From assembly GCA_963782055.1 (NCBI GenBank), contig CAWAIF010000003.1:1600001-1664000 (forward strand): a DNA stretch of 64,000 bases, written 5' to 3'. Source of the DNA: an uncultured delta proteobacterium (GTDB lineage Bacteria > Myxococcota_A > Polyangia > Polyangiales > Polyangiaceae). The position numbers were made by a program, and so were the translations under genes. The notes under the pieces are model-generated. The model was given only the letters and a program-made list of their open reading frames with translations. It was not told the origin of the DNA and did not search any database. Below are positions 49,601 through 60,471 of the stretch, one piece after another (positions within the stretch are counted from its first letter, which is position 1; every line of letters begins with the position of its first letter).

Positions 49601-50036
49601 GCGCGATCTCGGCCAGTCGCCGCCGCCGGTCTCCTCGGTGCGCGAGCTGCCGCCCATGTCGCACCGGTCGCGGGAGGCTCTCGGGGAGCTGCGCCAGGCG
49701 GAGAGCTTCCTGCAGAAGAAGGACTTCGTCGCGGCGGAGGAGCACGCGCGCCGCGGCATGAAGCTGGACCCCGACCACGCCGAGCCCGCGGCGTTCGTGG
49801 AGTGGGTGCTGGTGATGGCGGGGAAGCAGACGCCGGCCCAGGCCATCGTCGGCATCAGCGACGTCCTCCAGCGCGACCCGAACTCGGTGCGCGCGCGCGT
49901 CCTGCGCGCCAAGCTCCTCAAGCGCGAGAACAAGATTCACGACGCCATCGCCGACCTCGAGCTCGCCCTGCGCGCCGAGCCGGATCACAAGGACGCCAAG
50001 AACGAGCTGCAGCTCCTCAAGCTATTCGCCAGGTAG
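46668..50036 (+). CDS. Degenerate HD-GYP-like domain + DUF4388-like domain + Pro-rich linker + TPR
   Basis: GTG overlaps the upstream TGA; MMHDVGR, HARILRV, LGTYPIGT; TPVVHIFVYVLERGLTGSVEL..LLGEFLV; terminal TPRs; C-terminal part of ORF 43743..50036. Confidence 0.8.
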   Translation: MTQAARVNIVSNNAGDLVRREHARDLGASVVVAIYRLAKLAKLHDLGNEALRRQLEQTRDAIHDYCLRAGTDVDVLFAHRAVFVAGQLLKGSRGIYDSAAELGEILAWCGGSELAITRDVTLEDLHAFAEAVSAAMRAERGSFRSPAKSIRLRPVAEAARVRGLEVERLPFEQRVVRTYASAVVIMRRFLEDLEAGRYVLPKRVKRVAQNLVDLSEGGTAAFLGVTEMRNANTDDAGRAVNAAILSVLVARQLTGDRAALAHVAMAAMMHDVGRPRATAHAAKSLGIARVRLSEDEEDALPAGTAAVLTALGRLNDASIRRTVITFEALSLRRAASIGPPYRGARQATLHARILRVVRRYNELMVPDPGLPSPAPDHAIARLSVELTEPADQTVLRMLVAALGTYPIGTALQLSGGEVVEVVKGGPRPRVRVVMDARGAVARQAVEIDLSARPEVTVLRVLGTEGWRKGEGAVLEGETPSSVQPPSQRSASISRERRVDPSAPPSAPSRPSFTNEPSFNTGPSSPSLGTTPSGVVDAMGSRDESEDSPNIIETDDEGRTVLAPSPFASDNRSVAAVRHGATAVGHIATTPVVHIFVYVLERGLTGSVELTEPTGERHQLRFLEGGLVKVKTGRTVAPLAKELVAAGLLTDAAAAMSVAQSKASSTLLGEFLVQRKLVSREDVALALARQARRKLAAIVNLPAHTMYAFYGDQDLLGDWAGQGTEVEPIGTVLAAARAWNNRARIRATLQRIAAHPMRVHPSSTIDMVDMTDAERAVLAVIREREPVLSELFAVPGLAEEAVASLAYTLAVTRHVVLPGQRGGPMALEGSARLSRAPAPAAGERTVGGADRTVAISSQRTLAVRLRDDDATLARASAASAPPPSGRDLSGPPASARGTSPSPAPVSVRSPGPPPSIRERASASPPLPAMPPPPPSSRAVAPTPPASSRAVAPPPPPSARDMVPPAPPSMRDVPPAPTSSRDLGQSPPPVSSVRELPPMSHRSREALGELRQAESFLQKKDFVAAEEHARRGMKLDPDHAEPAAFVEWVLVMAGKQTPAQAIVGISDVLQRDPNSVRARVLRAKLLKRENKIHDAIADLELALRAEPDHKDAKNELQLLKLFAR

Positions 50037-50043
50037 CCTGTCG

Positions 50044-50277
50044 ATGCGTCGATTCGTCGGCTTGCTGCTGGTCGCGCCCCTCGCCACCGTCGTGCCCTTC
50101 ATGGTGCGGAGCTGTCACCGCGCCGGCCCCGCGCGCGACGCCGGCTCCGACCTCACCGACAACCTGCTGACCGCGCTCTTCATCCTCGGCCTGCCGCTGG
50201 CAATCGTCGGGTGCAAGATGCTCTTCGGCCGGCTGCCCGCGTCGGCCGGACCGAAGGCCCCCGGACCGAGGGGCTGA
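50044..50277 (+). CDS. Small 2-TM membrane protein
   Basis: Starts 7 nt after the upstream stop; two hydrophobic segments. Confidence 0.5.
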   Translation: MRRFVGLLLVAPLATVVPFMVRSCHRAGPARDAGSDLTDNLLTALFILGLPLAIVGCKMLFGRLPASAGPKAPGPRG

Positions 50278-50298
50278 GCTCTCGAACGGGAGGCTCGG

Positions 50299-50850
50299 TC
50301 AGGAGCTGGACTTGAGCGCGATGTCAACGCGGCGGTCGGTCCGGTAGCTGGACTCATCGGTGCCGGTGGCGTCCAGCGAGCCGCGCGACGTCTCGCCGAT
50401 GCGGGGCGCGGCGACGCCCTTGCCCACGAGGAAGCTCCGCACGGTGTGGGCGCGGTGCTCGCCCAGCGCCATGTTGTACTCGTCGGTGCCCCGCGGGTCC
50501 GCGCGGCCGGTGAGCGAGATGCCGCGCCCCTTGAGCGGGCCGGTGGTGAGGCAGGTGGCGATCTTGGCGAGCACCGCGTGGTCCGCCGGTGTCAGGCGGC
50601 TGGCGTCGTAGGCGAACTTGGGCGCGGCCTCGGTGTCGCTCGTGGCGTCCAGGTGGCACAGCTCGTAGATGGCCTGGTCCACGCGGACGTTGGGGCTGAC
50701 GGCGTGGGGCTTGGGCGCCGGCTGATCCGCCCTGGGTACGACCTGCGCGGTCTGCGGCGCCTCCGGCGTCTTGACCGCCTCGTGGCCGCACGCGGTGGCG
50801 AGCGAAGCAACGAAGATCCCGAGGGTGGGGAGAAGGGTACGTGCGTTCAT
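50299..50850 (-). CDS. OmpA/Pal-like peptidoglycan-binding lipoprotein
   Basis: Lipobox ATAC; FAYDAS.L; GRADPRGTDEYNMALGEHRA; DRRVDI. Confidence 0.9.
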   Translation of the reverse strand: MNARTLLPTLGIFVASLATACGHEAVKTPEAPQTAQVVPRADQPAPKPHAVSPNVRVDQAIYELCHLDATSDTEAAPKFAYDASRLTPADHAVLAKIATCLTTGPLKGRGISLTGRADPRGTDEYNMALGEHRAHTVRSFLVGKGVAAPRIGETSRGSLDATGTDESSYRTDRRVDIALKSSS

Positions 50851-50993
50851 GGATGACCTCTCGGCGCCGAGAACAATCGCGCGCGGCGGATTGTTTCGGG
50901 CAGCATCGCGCCGATTTTGCGCGAAGCACGCGGATCGACGCCGTATTCGAGCTTGGATGACGCGAGGGCGAGGGGCGTTGCGCCTCGGCGCGC

Positions 50994-51641
50994 TCAGGGC
51001 ACGTCGTGGTACGGACTCTTGCCCTTGCACGCGCCGAGCGGCCCTCTCGAGAGCGCCGGCGCGCTGATCGCCGCGTCGATGGCGTCCTCCAGGCGGACGA
51101 GCTCCTTCTCCACCGGGCTCTGATCGAAGCCGTAGCGGTGCACGCGCTTGGTCTTGCCGTCCAGGGTGACGCGCGTGTTCGTCGAGGGCATGTCGGTGAT
51201 CGGGACCGTGTACTCCTTCTTCATTCCGAAGAAGCCGACGCGCCTCGCCGTGTCGGCGAGAGAGGAGACGACCGCGGGGGCGACCTTCCCCTCGGCGCAA
51301 CCCTTGTGCGGGTACCAGCCGGCGAAGCGCCAGCTCCCGTCCCCCCGGATGCTCACCGTGTAGACGGGGCAGGTGCCGAGGCACGGGGTGCGCTCCAGCT
51401 CGAACATGGCATCGGCCGGCGCCGCGGCGTCGGCGGAGGTCATCGTCGCCGAGGCGACCGCGCCGGGCGGGGCGGCATCGGGGAGCGTCGTGGTGGATGA
51501 CGTCGCGCCGGGGAGGTCCGGCGCGCCCGTTGCCGGCGAGGCGGAGGGCGCGGGCGGCGTGACCGGCGCCGCTGGCCGCGTCGCCTCGGGCGTGTTGCAG
51601 GCGACGAACGCGCCGATCAGGAGGAAGGGGGAGACTCGCAT
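50994..51641 (-). CDS. Lipoprotein with DUF6438-like domain
   Basis: Lipobox FVAC; LERTPCLGTCPVYTVSIRGDG; ITDMPST. Confidence 0.8.
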   Translation of the reverse strand: MRVSPFLLIGAFVACNTPEATRPAAPVTPPAPSASPATGAPDLPGATSSTTTLPDAAPPGAVASATMTSADAAAPADAMFELERTPCLGTCPVYTVSIRGDGSWRFAGWYPHKGCAEGKVAPAVVSSLADTARRVGFFGMKKEYTVPITDMPSTNTRVTLDGKTKRVHRYGFDQSPVEKELVRLEDAIDAAISAPALSRGPLGACKGKSPYHDVP

Positions 51642-51653
51642 GGTCGCGGGACC

Positions 51654-52331
51654 TCAGCCCGCGTCGCCGGCGTCCGGCGCGTCGGGGGAGAAGGAGATGG
51701 GATAGGTCACGGTGACCTTGCCGTCGTCCGGCGGTGGCTCGAAGGTCACGCTGTAGAGCGACTGCTTGAGGCACTCGAGTACGTCGGGATCGCCGAGCGT
51801 GGTGCCGCCATCCCGGTCGAAGGCCACCTCGTCGATGATGCCGCCGACGTTCTTGTTCCCGACGATGGAGAAGTCGGCGACGATCTTCCCGGCGAGCTTG
51901 GGGTTCTTCTTCAGGCCCTGCTCGTAACAGTCCTTGGCCAGGGGGATGTAGTCCTCGCGGATGCGGCTGCGGATGTAGTCCTTGTCCAGGACCTTGGCGC
52001 TGGGGGCGGCCGCCGCCGCCGTCCCCTCCGGCGGAGGCGTCTGGCTCCAGGCGCGGTAGATGAGCTCGCGCATCGCGTCGCGCCTCTGGCGGTCGAGCCG
52101 CGGTCCGGCGTCGTCGCCCGAGGGAGGCGCCCCCGGCGCGTCGTACGCGTGCAACCGGTCCGACGGCGCGCCTGGCTCCGGCTCTACCCACGCCGGCGTG
52201 CCCTCCACCGGCGCCGCGGCACCGTCCGCCCCGCCGGCGCTCCGGGGCGGCGTGCGCACGGACCGCCACACCAGCCACGTGGCAAGCGCGACGGCGACGA
52301 CGGCGAGCACCACCCACTGAGGGCGCTTCAC
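51654..52331 (-). CDS. Membrane-anchored protein with AgmX/PglI (TonB-C-like) C-terminal domain
   Basis: N-terminal TM; CYEQGLKKNPKLAGKI...ECL...FEPP..G.VTVTYPISF; GAGGAG RBS. Confidence 0.75.
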   Translation of the reverse strand: MKRPQWVVLAVVAVALATWLVWRSVRTPPRSAGGADGAAAPVEGTPAWVEPEPGAPSDRLHAYDAPGAPPSGDDAGPRLDRQRRDAMRELIYRAWSQTPPPEGTAAAAAPSAKVLDKDYIRSRIREDYIPLAKDCYEQGLKKNPKLAGKIVADFSIVGNKNVGGIIDEVAFDRDGGTTLGDPDVLECLKQSLYSVTFEPPPDDGKVTVTYPISFSPDAPDAGDAG

Positions 52332-52433
52332 GACGCGATCCTCCTCATGCCCCACACTCCTGCCGCCGGAGTATACCCAAAAGCCGACCGGCGCCCTGGG
52401 ATCCCGCGCGCGCCGGAGGGGGCAGCTGCGCGC

Positions 52434-53894
52434 TCACGCCGAGGGTAGCTCCAGGGTGACGCGGGTGCCCTTGCCCTCCGTCGAGTCCAGCAGGATGCGG
52501 CCCTCGTGCGCCTCCATCACCCGCTTCACGAAGGCGAGGCCGAGGCCGGAGCCCTTCGCCTTGGTGGTGAAGAACTCGTCGAAGGCGCGCTCGCGCGTGC
52601 GCGCGTCCATGCCCCGTCCGTCGTCGCTCACGACGATGCGCACCACGCCGCCGGAGGAGGAGGTGGTGACCTCCACCGAGCCCTCCGGGCCGAGCGCCTC
52701 GCGCGCGTTGCGCAGCACGTTCTCGACCACGATGGCGACGAGGTCGGGGTCGGCCTTGCAGGCGGGGAGGGTGGCGTCCAGGTGCTTGCGCACCGGGCAG
52801 TCTACGGAGGCGAGCGCGCCCTCGACGATGGCGTTCAGGTCGGTGGCGCGGGGGGACGGGTCGACGCGGCCGAGTCGCTGGTACTGCTCGATGACGCGCG
52901 ACATGTGGTCGACCTGATCGACCAGGAGCTGGAGGTACTCCGGGTGGGCCTCCAGCGGGCGGCCTGCCTCGCGCTCGACCTGGAGGAACTGCGCCGCCCC
53001 GCGGATGGCGGCCAGCGGGTTGCGGAGGTCGTGCGCCATCTGCTGCGACATGCGCCCGAGCGCCGCCTGCGACCGCAGGCGCGCCCGGGACTCGGAGACC
53101 GCGGAGAGAAGGAACCGGCCCATCAGCAGGGCCGCCAGGCCGATGAGCACCGAGCCGACGGCGAGCAGGGCCGAGCGATCGCCCACCCACCGGAAGAGCG
53201 CGAGCTCGCCCAGGACGACGCCGCCGGCCGCGGCGACCGCGTTGAGGCCGACCAGCACCGAGACCTGCTCGAGCACCGGGGTGCGTAGCGCCGTGACGCC
53301 CAGCAGCGCCGCGCTGCCGACCAGCGCCCACGGGCCGAGCCGCGGGGAGAGCGCGCCGGCGATGGCGGCCAGATCGGTCGCGGTGCCGCACGCGGCGACG
53401 ACCACCGCCGCCAGGACGAGCGCGGTGCGCGCGCGCTCCTCCGCCCCCGAGCGACGCGCGTGGCGCACCAGCGCGACGACGCCCACGGCGACGCACGGCG
53501 CCATGCCCGCCAGCATGAGCACCGCCCAGCGCGGCCCGTTGGGGAAGCCCGCCATCGCCGGGGTGATCGCCGGCGAGAAGCAGGCGAGCGCGAGCGCCGT
53601 GAAGTAGACGTAGTAGGCGATGATCTCCCTGCGGCGCGCGCGACGCTGGCCGACGAAGGTCATGACGAAGTGGAAGAACGCCGGCGGGACCAGCGCCGCC
53701 GACGCCGCGTTGGAGTCGTTCCACGCGGCGTTCGGCGAGAGGAGGGAGATGATCTCGAAGGAGTTGTAGGCGAAGAGCCAGACGCAGAGGTTGGCGAAGC
53801 GGGAGGCGAGCGGCTCTCGCCGGCCACGCAAGGCGGCGAGCACCGCCATCGCGAGGAAGGCGGCGCACGCAAAGGCGGTGGCGGGCACCTCCAT
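52434..53894 (-). CDS. Membrane sensor histidine kinase (multi-TM input domain)
   Basis: H-box MAHDLRNPL; N-box ENVLRNAREA; DDGRGM; FFTTKAKGSGLGL. Start could instead be ATG 53930. Confidence 0.92.
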   Translation of the reverse strand: MEVPATAFACAAFLAMAVLAALRGRREPLASRFANLCVWLFAYNSFEIISLLSPNAAWNDSNAASAALVPPAFFHFVMTFVGQRRARRREIIAYYVYFTALALACFSPAITPAMAGFPNGPRWAVLMLAGMAPCVAVGVVALVRHARRSGAEERARTALVLAAVVVAACGTATDLAAIAGALSPRLGPWALVGSAALLGVTALRTPVLEQVSVLVGLNAVAAAGGVVLGELALFRWVGDRSALLAVGSVLIGLAALLMGRFLLSAVSESRARLRSQAALGRMSQQMAHDLRNPLAAIRGAAQFLQVEREAGRPLEAHPEYLQLLVDQVDHMSRVIEQYQRLGRVDPSPRATDLNAIVEGALASVDCPVRKHLDATLPACKADPDLVAIVVENVLRNAREALGPEGSVEVTTSSSGGVVRIVVSDDGRGMDARTRERAFDEFFTTKAKGSGLGLAFVKRVMEAHEGRILLDSTEGKGTRVTLELPSA

Positions 53895-53997
53895 CGCGTC
53901 ATGATGCCAGCCCACCCCATGCCTCCGCATCAATGCTCTCTCTTCCTTCCTCCCGTCGCCCCTGCGCCGACGGCCTTCTCCTCGCGCCCCCTGCCCG

Positions 53998-54013
53998 AGC
54001 AATGATGATGCCA
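53998..54013 (-). promoter_or_regulatory. Putative sigma54 promoter of the histidine kinase gene
   Basis: TGGCATCATCATTGCT, close to the consensus TGGCACG-N4-TTGCW. Confidence 0.65.
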
Positions 54014-54142
54014 GCCCCGCGCTCCGCGCGCGCGGGGCCCCGCGGTGTGCAGCGGGCTGCACGGGCGCGCCCGCCGGTGCGCACGGTCCCGCCCTCCACC
54101 CCGTCGGTACCCGTCGGCAGGAACCGTGTATCTTCGAGTCTC

Positions 54143-55489
<1,347 letters not shown>

Positions 55490-55583
55490 GCGGCGTCGCG
55501 CGTCCGTTGGGCCGGGGGCGGACCGTGCCGCGCCGGCGACTCTCGCGCGCGCCCCGTCCGCTCGCGGTAGCATCGACGCCATC

Positions 55584-58094
55584 ATGACCAGCCCTCTCCA
55601 GGCTCACGACGTGCACGAGACGGACATCGCGCTGGGCGGCGACTCGCGCGCCATCCGCAACGACTTCGTGCGCAAGCTCTTCTTCCAGCTCGCCAAGTTC
55701 CCGGGTGTGGCCACCACCAACAATCACTACCTCGCCCTGGCCTTCGCCGTCCGCGACCGGATACTGCACCGCTGGGTGCGCAGCGCGCGCACCTACCTGG
55801 AGGGCGAGCACCGCACGGTGATCTACCTCTCGGCGGAGTACCTGCTGGGGCCGCAGCTCGCGCACAACCTGCTGACGCTGGGCATCGGCGCGCAGGTGCG
55901 GGAGGCGATGTCTTCGCTCGGGCTGGACCTGGAGGAGCTCGTCGAGCACGAGGAGGAGCCGGGGCTCGGCAACGGCGGCCTCGGGCGGCTGGCCGCGTGC
56001 TTCATGGACTCGCTCGCCACCCTGGACATCCCGACCATCGGCCACGGGATCCGCTACGAGTTTGGCATCTTCGACCAGGCCATCCGCGACGGCTGGCAGG
56101 TGGAGGTGGCCGACCGATGGCTGCGTCACGGCAACCCGTGGGAGGTGCGCCGCTGGGACATCGAGCTCCCGGTGGGGCTCGGCGGCCACACCGAGCACCG
56201 GGTGGACGAGGACGGGCGGCACCGCGTGCGGTGGGTGCCGGAGCGCGTGGTGAAGGGCGTGCCGTACGACACGCCGGTGCTCGGCTACGGCACCGCCAAC
56301 GCCAACTTCCTGCGCCTCTGGGGCGCGGTGGCCGACGAGGAGCTGGACCTGGAGGCGTTCCAGGTCGGCGACTACGTGCGCGCCGTCGAGGAGAAGGTGC
56401 GCAGCGAGAACGTCACCAAGGTCCTGTACCCCAACGACTCCAGCATGGCGGGCAAGCAGCTGCGCCTGGAGCAGGAGTACTTCTTCGTCTCGTGCGCGCT
56501 GCAGGACTGCATCCGCCTGCTGCTGCAGAAGACGACGATCGACGAGTTCGGTGACAAGTTCGCGGTGCAGCTCAACGATACGCACCCCGCGCTCGCCGTG
56601 CCAGAGCTGATGCGCCTGCTGATGGACGTGCACGGCATGACCTGGGACAAGGCGTGGGGCATCACCACCCGGACCTTCTCGTACACCAACCACACGCTCC
56701 TCCCGGAAGCGCTGGAGGCGTGGCCGCTCCCTCTCTTCGCGCGGCTGCTGCCCAGACACCTGGAGATCGTCTACGAGATCAACCGCCGCTTCCTCGACGA
56801 GGTGCGCGCCAGCCACCCCGGGGACGACGCGCGCCTGGCGCGGATGTCGCTCATCGACGAGCACGGGCGCAAGGCGGTGCGCATGGCCCACCTGGCGACC
56901 GTCGGCAGCCACGCGGTCAACGGCGTCGCGGAGCTGCACTCGCGCCTGCTGCGGGAGACCGTGCTGCGCGACTTCGCCGAGGAGTACCCGTCGCGCTTCG
57001 TCAACGTCACCAACGGGGTGACCCCGCGCCGGTTCGTCGCGCTGGCCAACCCGGGCCTCTCCCGGCTGCTCACCGAGACCATCGGCGACGGCTGGCAGAC
57101 CGACCTGGATCGCCTGGAGCGGCTGCGCCCCCTCGCCGGCGACGCCGGCTTCCGCGAGAAGCTGCGCGCGGTGAAGCGCAAGAACAAGGAACGCCTCGCC
57201 GACTGGCTGCGCCGGACGCACGACGTCACGGTGGACCCGACCTCCATGTTCGACGCGCAGTGCAAGCGTATCCACGAGTACAAGCGGCAGCACCTGGCCG
57301 CGCTGCACGCGGTGTGGCTCTACCAGCGCATCAAGGAGGGGCGGCGCGACCACGTCGTGCCGCGCACGCTCCTCTTCGCCGGCAAGGCCGCGCCCGCCTA
57401 CCGCATGGCGAAGCTCATGGTGCGCCTCCTCCACGGGATCCGGGAGGTGCTCGAGGCCGACCCGGCCGTGCGCGAGGTGCTGCGCCTCGTCTTCGTGCCC
57501 GACTTCAACGTGAAGAACGCGCAGCGCATCTACCCCGCGGCCGACCTCTCCGAGCAGATCTCCACCGCGGGGATGGAGGCCTCCGGCACCGGCAACATGA
57601 AGTTCGCGCTCAACGGCGCGCTGACCATCGGCACACTGGACGGCGCCAACGTGGAGATCCGCGAGGCCGTCGGCGCGGAGAACTTCTTCCTCTTCGGCAT
57701 GACGGCCGAGGAGGTCGTCGCCCGGCGCGCCGGGTACCGGCCCCTGGAGCTGCTCGCGGCCGACCCGGAGCTCGCGAGCGCGGTCTCCCTGGTCGCGAGC
57801 GGCCGCTTCAGCGGCGGGGACGCCACCCTCGTCGAGCCGCTGGTGCGCTCGCTCGTGGACGAAGATCGCTTCTTCGTCCTGGCCGACTTCCGCGCCTACG
57901 TCGCGTGCCAGCAGCGCGTGGCGGACGCGTGGACGGACCACGACGCCTGGTCACGCACCGCCGCGCTCAACATCGCCGCCATGGGTCGCTTCAGCTCCGA
58001 CCAATCCATCCGCGACTACCTGCGCGACGTGTGGAACGTGCCGGAGGTGGACGTGCTCCCGCCGGACGTGATGAGCCGCCCGCCCCCGCCGTGA
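55584..58094 (+). CDS. glgP: Glycogen/maltodextrin phosphorylase
   Basis: GLGNGGLGRLAAC, LYPND, QLNDTHP, YTNHT, NGVTPRR, KRIHEYKRQ, PLP-site EASGTGNMK. Confidence 0.97.
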   Translation: MTSPLQAHDVHETDIALGGDSRAIRNDFVRKLFFQLAKFPGVATTNNHYLALAFAVRDRILHRWVRSARTYLEGEHRTVIYLSAEYLLGPQLAHNLLTLGIGAQVREAMSSLGLDLEELVEHEEEPGLGNGGLGRLAACFMDSLATLDIPTIGHGIRYEFGIFDQAIRDGWQVEVADRWLRHGNPWEVRRWDIELPVGLGGHTEHRVDEDGRHRVRWVPERVVKGVPYDTPVLGYGTANANFLRLWGAVADEELDLEAFQVGDYVRAVEEKVRSENVTKVLYPNDSSMAGKQLRLEQEYFFVSCALQDCIRLLLQKTTIDEFGDKFAVQLNDTHPALAVPELMRLLMDVHGMTWDKAWGITTRTFSYTNHTLLPEALEAWPLPLFARLLPRHLEIVYEINRRFLDEVRASHPGDDARLARMSLIDEHGRKAVRMAHLATVGSHAVNGVAELHSRLLRETVLRDFAEEYPSRFVNVTNGVTPRRFVALANPGLSRLLTETIGDGWQTDLDRLERLRPLAGDAGFREKLRAVKRKNKERLADWLRRTHDVTVDPTSMFDAQCKRIHEYKRQHLAALHAVWLYQRIKEGRRDHVVPRTLLFAGKAAPAYRMAKLMVRLLHGIREVLEADPAVREVLRLVFVPDFNVKNAQRIYPAADLSEQISTAGMEASGTGNMKFALNGALTIGTLDGANVEIREAVGAENFFLFGMTAEEVVARRAGYRPLELLAADPELASAVSLVASGRFSGGDATLVEPLVRSLVDEDRFFVLADFRAYVACQQRVADAWTDHDAWSRTAALNIAAMGRFSSDQSIRDYLRDVWNVPEVDVLPPDVMSRPPPP

Positions 58095-58231
58095 GGCGTC
58101 GGGCGGACGCCTCGCCGCCGCGCGCTCGCTGGATGCCCCCGGGACGAAGCAGATCGTCCGTGGTCCGTGGGTGACTGGCCTCGAGCACGCGCGCAAAGCG
58201 TTCCGGTGAACGAGTGCGCTATTCTGGGGCC

Positions 58232-58777
58232 ATGGAGCGCCTCTACGTCGCCGGCGCCGTCCTCCTCGCGCTGTTCTCCGGGATCGCGATGGTGGATGGC
58301 AGCTATTTTCACATCATCAAGTACAAGCTGCACACCCGTCCGGAGTCGCGCACCGAGCACCTGACCCACACGCTCAACGCGTTCCTCTTCCCGCCGATGG
58401 TCTACCTGCTGCTGTACCGGCCGCACGCGGGAGCGGCGCTCTGGGCCGCGGTCTTCGTCGTCGCCGCCGACGTGGCGGTGGAGAGCTGGGACGTGTTCAT
58501 CGAGAAGGCGAGTCGGGAGAGCCTCGGCGGGCTCACGCCGACCGAGTACTGGGTCCACGTCATGGCGATCACCCTGCGCGTCGCGGGCATCGCGGTGCTC
58601 TTCGCCGCGCGGCCCGTCGCGGCGTGGAGTCTGTCCGCGCCGCTCGTGCTCGGGGCGGACCCTCCGGGCCTCGTCCGCATCGTCGCGCTGGTGCTGATGG
58701 GCGGCGGCGCGTTCACCGCGCTCCAGCACGCGTGGTTGCTGCAGCCGCGCTACGTGCGCCGCCCCGCCTCCGCGTAG
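58232..58777 (+). CDS. Multi-pass membrane protein with conserved-looking His residues
   Basis: About 5 TM segments; DG.YFH..KYKLH, EHLTH, GGLTPTEYWVH; TATTCT 6 nt upstream. Confidence 0.75.
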   Translation: MERLYVAGAVLLALFSGIAMVDGSYFHIIKYKLHTRPESRTEHLTHTLNAFLFPPMVYLLLYRPHAGAALWAAVFVVAADVAVESWDVFIEKASRESLGGLTPTEYWVHVMAITLRVAGIAVLFAARPVAAWSLSAPLVLGADPPGLVRIVALVLMGGGAFTALQHAWLLQPRYVRRPASA

Positions 58778-58778
58778 A

Positions 58779-60401
58779 TCAGCCGCGCACGCCGGGGGCC
58801 TCGGCGCCGGTCTCGCTGACGTACTCGCCGTAGCCGCCGCCGTACTTGTGGATCCCGTCCGGTGTGAGCTCCAGCACGCGGTTGCTCAGCGCGCGCAGGA
58901 AGTGGCGGTCGTGGGAGACGAAGAGCATCGTCCCCTGGTAGCCGGCGAGCGCCTCGATGAGCATCTCCTTGGTGTCCATGTCCAGGTGGTTGGTGGGCTC
59001 GTCGAGCACCAGGAAGTTGGGCGGGTCGTAGAGCATCTGCGCGAGCACCAGCCGCGCCTTCTCCCCGCCCGAGAGCACGCGGCAGCGCTTCTCCACGTCG
59101 TCGCCGGAGAAGCCGAAGACCCCGGCGAGCGTGCGAAGCGAGCCGATGGAGGCGTGCGGGAACCGGCCGACCAGCGCGTCCCACACCGTCTCGGTCGGCT
59201 CGAGCAGCTCCATCGCGTGCTGCGCGAAGTAGCCCATCTTCACGCTCGCCCCGACCGCGACGCGTCCGGAGTCCGGCGCCGTCGCGCCGGCGACCAGCTT
59301 GAGCAGCGTGGACTTGCCGGCGCCGTTGACGCCCATCACGCACCATCGTTCGCCGCGGCGCACCAGCCAGTCGAAGCCCTCGTAGATGACGCGGCTGCCG
59401 TACGCCTTGCTCACGCCGTCGACCTTGGCGACGTCGTCGCCGGATCGCGGGGCGTCGGGGAAGTCGAAGCGCAGCTTCTTGCGCCGTCGCGGGGGCTCCA
59501 CCCGCTCGATCTTCTCCAGCTTCTTCACGCGCGACTGCACCTGCGCGGCGTGGCTCGCCCGGGCCTTGAAGCGCGCGATGAACGCCTCCTCCTTGGCGAG
59601 CATGGCCTGCTGCCGCTCGAACCCGCTCTGGGCCTGCGCGTCGAGCACGGCGCGCTGCTTGACGTAAAACTCGTAGCCGCCGGAGAAGACCGTCAGCTCC
59701 CCGCCGTCGATCTCGACAATCTTGGAGACGATGCGGTCCATGAACTCGCGGTCGTGCGAGGTCATGACGAGCGCGCCCTCGTAGCTCTTGAGGAACTGCT
59801 CCAGCCAGAGGATGGACTCGATGTCCAGGTGGTTGGTGGGCTCGTCCAGGAGCATCGCGTCCGGCTTCATCAAGAGGATGCGGGCGAGGGCGACGCGCAT
59901 CTTCCACCCGCCGGAGAGGGTGCCGACGTCGGAGTCCATCACCTCCTGCGAGAAGCCCAGGCCGGCGAGGATCTCCCGGGCGCGCGCCTCCAGCGCGTAG
60001 CCGCCCAGCTCCTCGAAGCGGGCCTGCGCCTCGCCGAACTCCTCGATCATCCGATCCATCTGGTCGGCCAGCTCCGGGTCGGCGAGCTGGTGCTCCAGCG
60101 CGTGCAGGCGGGCGCCCGCCTCCGAGACCGCGCCGGCGCCGTCCAGCGTGGCGGCCACGACGCTCATGCCCTCCATCTCCCCGACGTCCTGGCTGAAGTA
60201 GCCGATGGTGGTGCCGCGGTCGATCGCCACGCCGCCGGCGTCGGGCGCCTCTTCCTTGACGATCATCCGGAAGATCGTCGATTTGCCCGAGCCGTTGGGC
60301 CCGACCAGGCCCACCTTCTCCCCGCGCTGCACGGCGCAGGAGGCGTCCATGAAGAGGATCTGACGGCCGTGCTGCTTGGATACGGAGTCGAGGCGGATCA
60401 T
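58779..60401 (-). CDS. ABC-F family ATPase (two ABC domains, no TM)
   Basis: GPNGSGKST / LSGGW / [10 protein letters not shown] and GVNGAGKST / LSGGEK / [10 protein letters not shown]. Confidence 0.95.
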   Translation of the reverse strand: MIRLDSVSKQHGRQILFMDASCAVQRGEKVGLVGPNGSGKSTIFRMIVKEEAPDAGGVAIDRGTTIGYFSQDVGEMEGMSVVAATLDGAGAVSEAGARLHALEHQLADPELADQMDRMIEEFGEAQARFEELGGYALEARAREILAGLGFSQEVMDSDVGTLSGGWKMRVALARILLMKPDAMLLDEPTNHLDIESILWLEQFLKSYEGALVMTSHDREFMDRIVSKIVEIDGGELTVFSGGYEFYVKQRAVLDAQAQSGFERQQAMLAKEEAFIARFKARASHAAQVQSRVKKLEKIERVEPPRRRKKLRFDFPDAPRSGDDVAKVDGVSKAYGSRVIYEGFDWLVRRGERWCVMGVNGAGKSTLLKLVAGATAPDSGRVAVGASVKMGYFAQHAMELLEPTETVWDALVGRFPHASIGSLRTLAGVFGFSGDDVEKRCRVLSGGEKARLVLAQMLYDPPNFLVLDEPTNHLDMDTKEMLIEALAGYQGTMLFVSHDRHFLRALSNRVLELTPDGIHKYGGGYGEYVSETGAEAPGVRG

Positions 60402-60471
60402 CGAAGGTGCCGAGGCGCCTCTATCACACGAGATCCCGCGCGGCACGAACCTTTCTGCTACATCCGAGCTC

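Noticed and set aside
49280..49660. Imperfect GC-rich tandem repeats
   Set aside because: Encode the Pro/Ser-rich linker (PPxSxR) of the 46668..50036 protein
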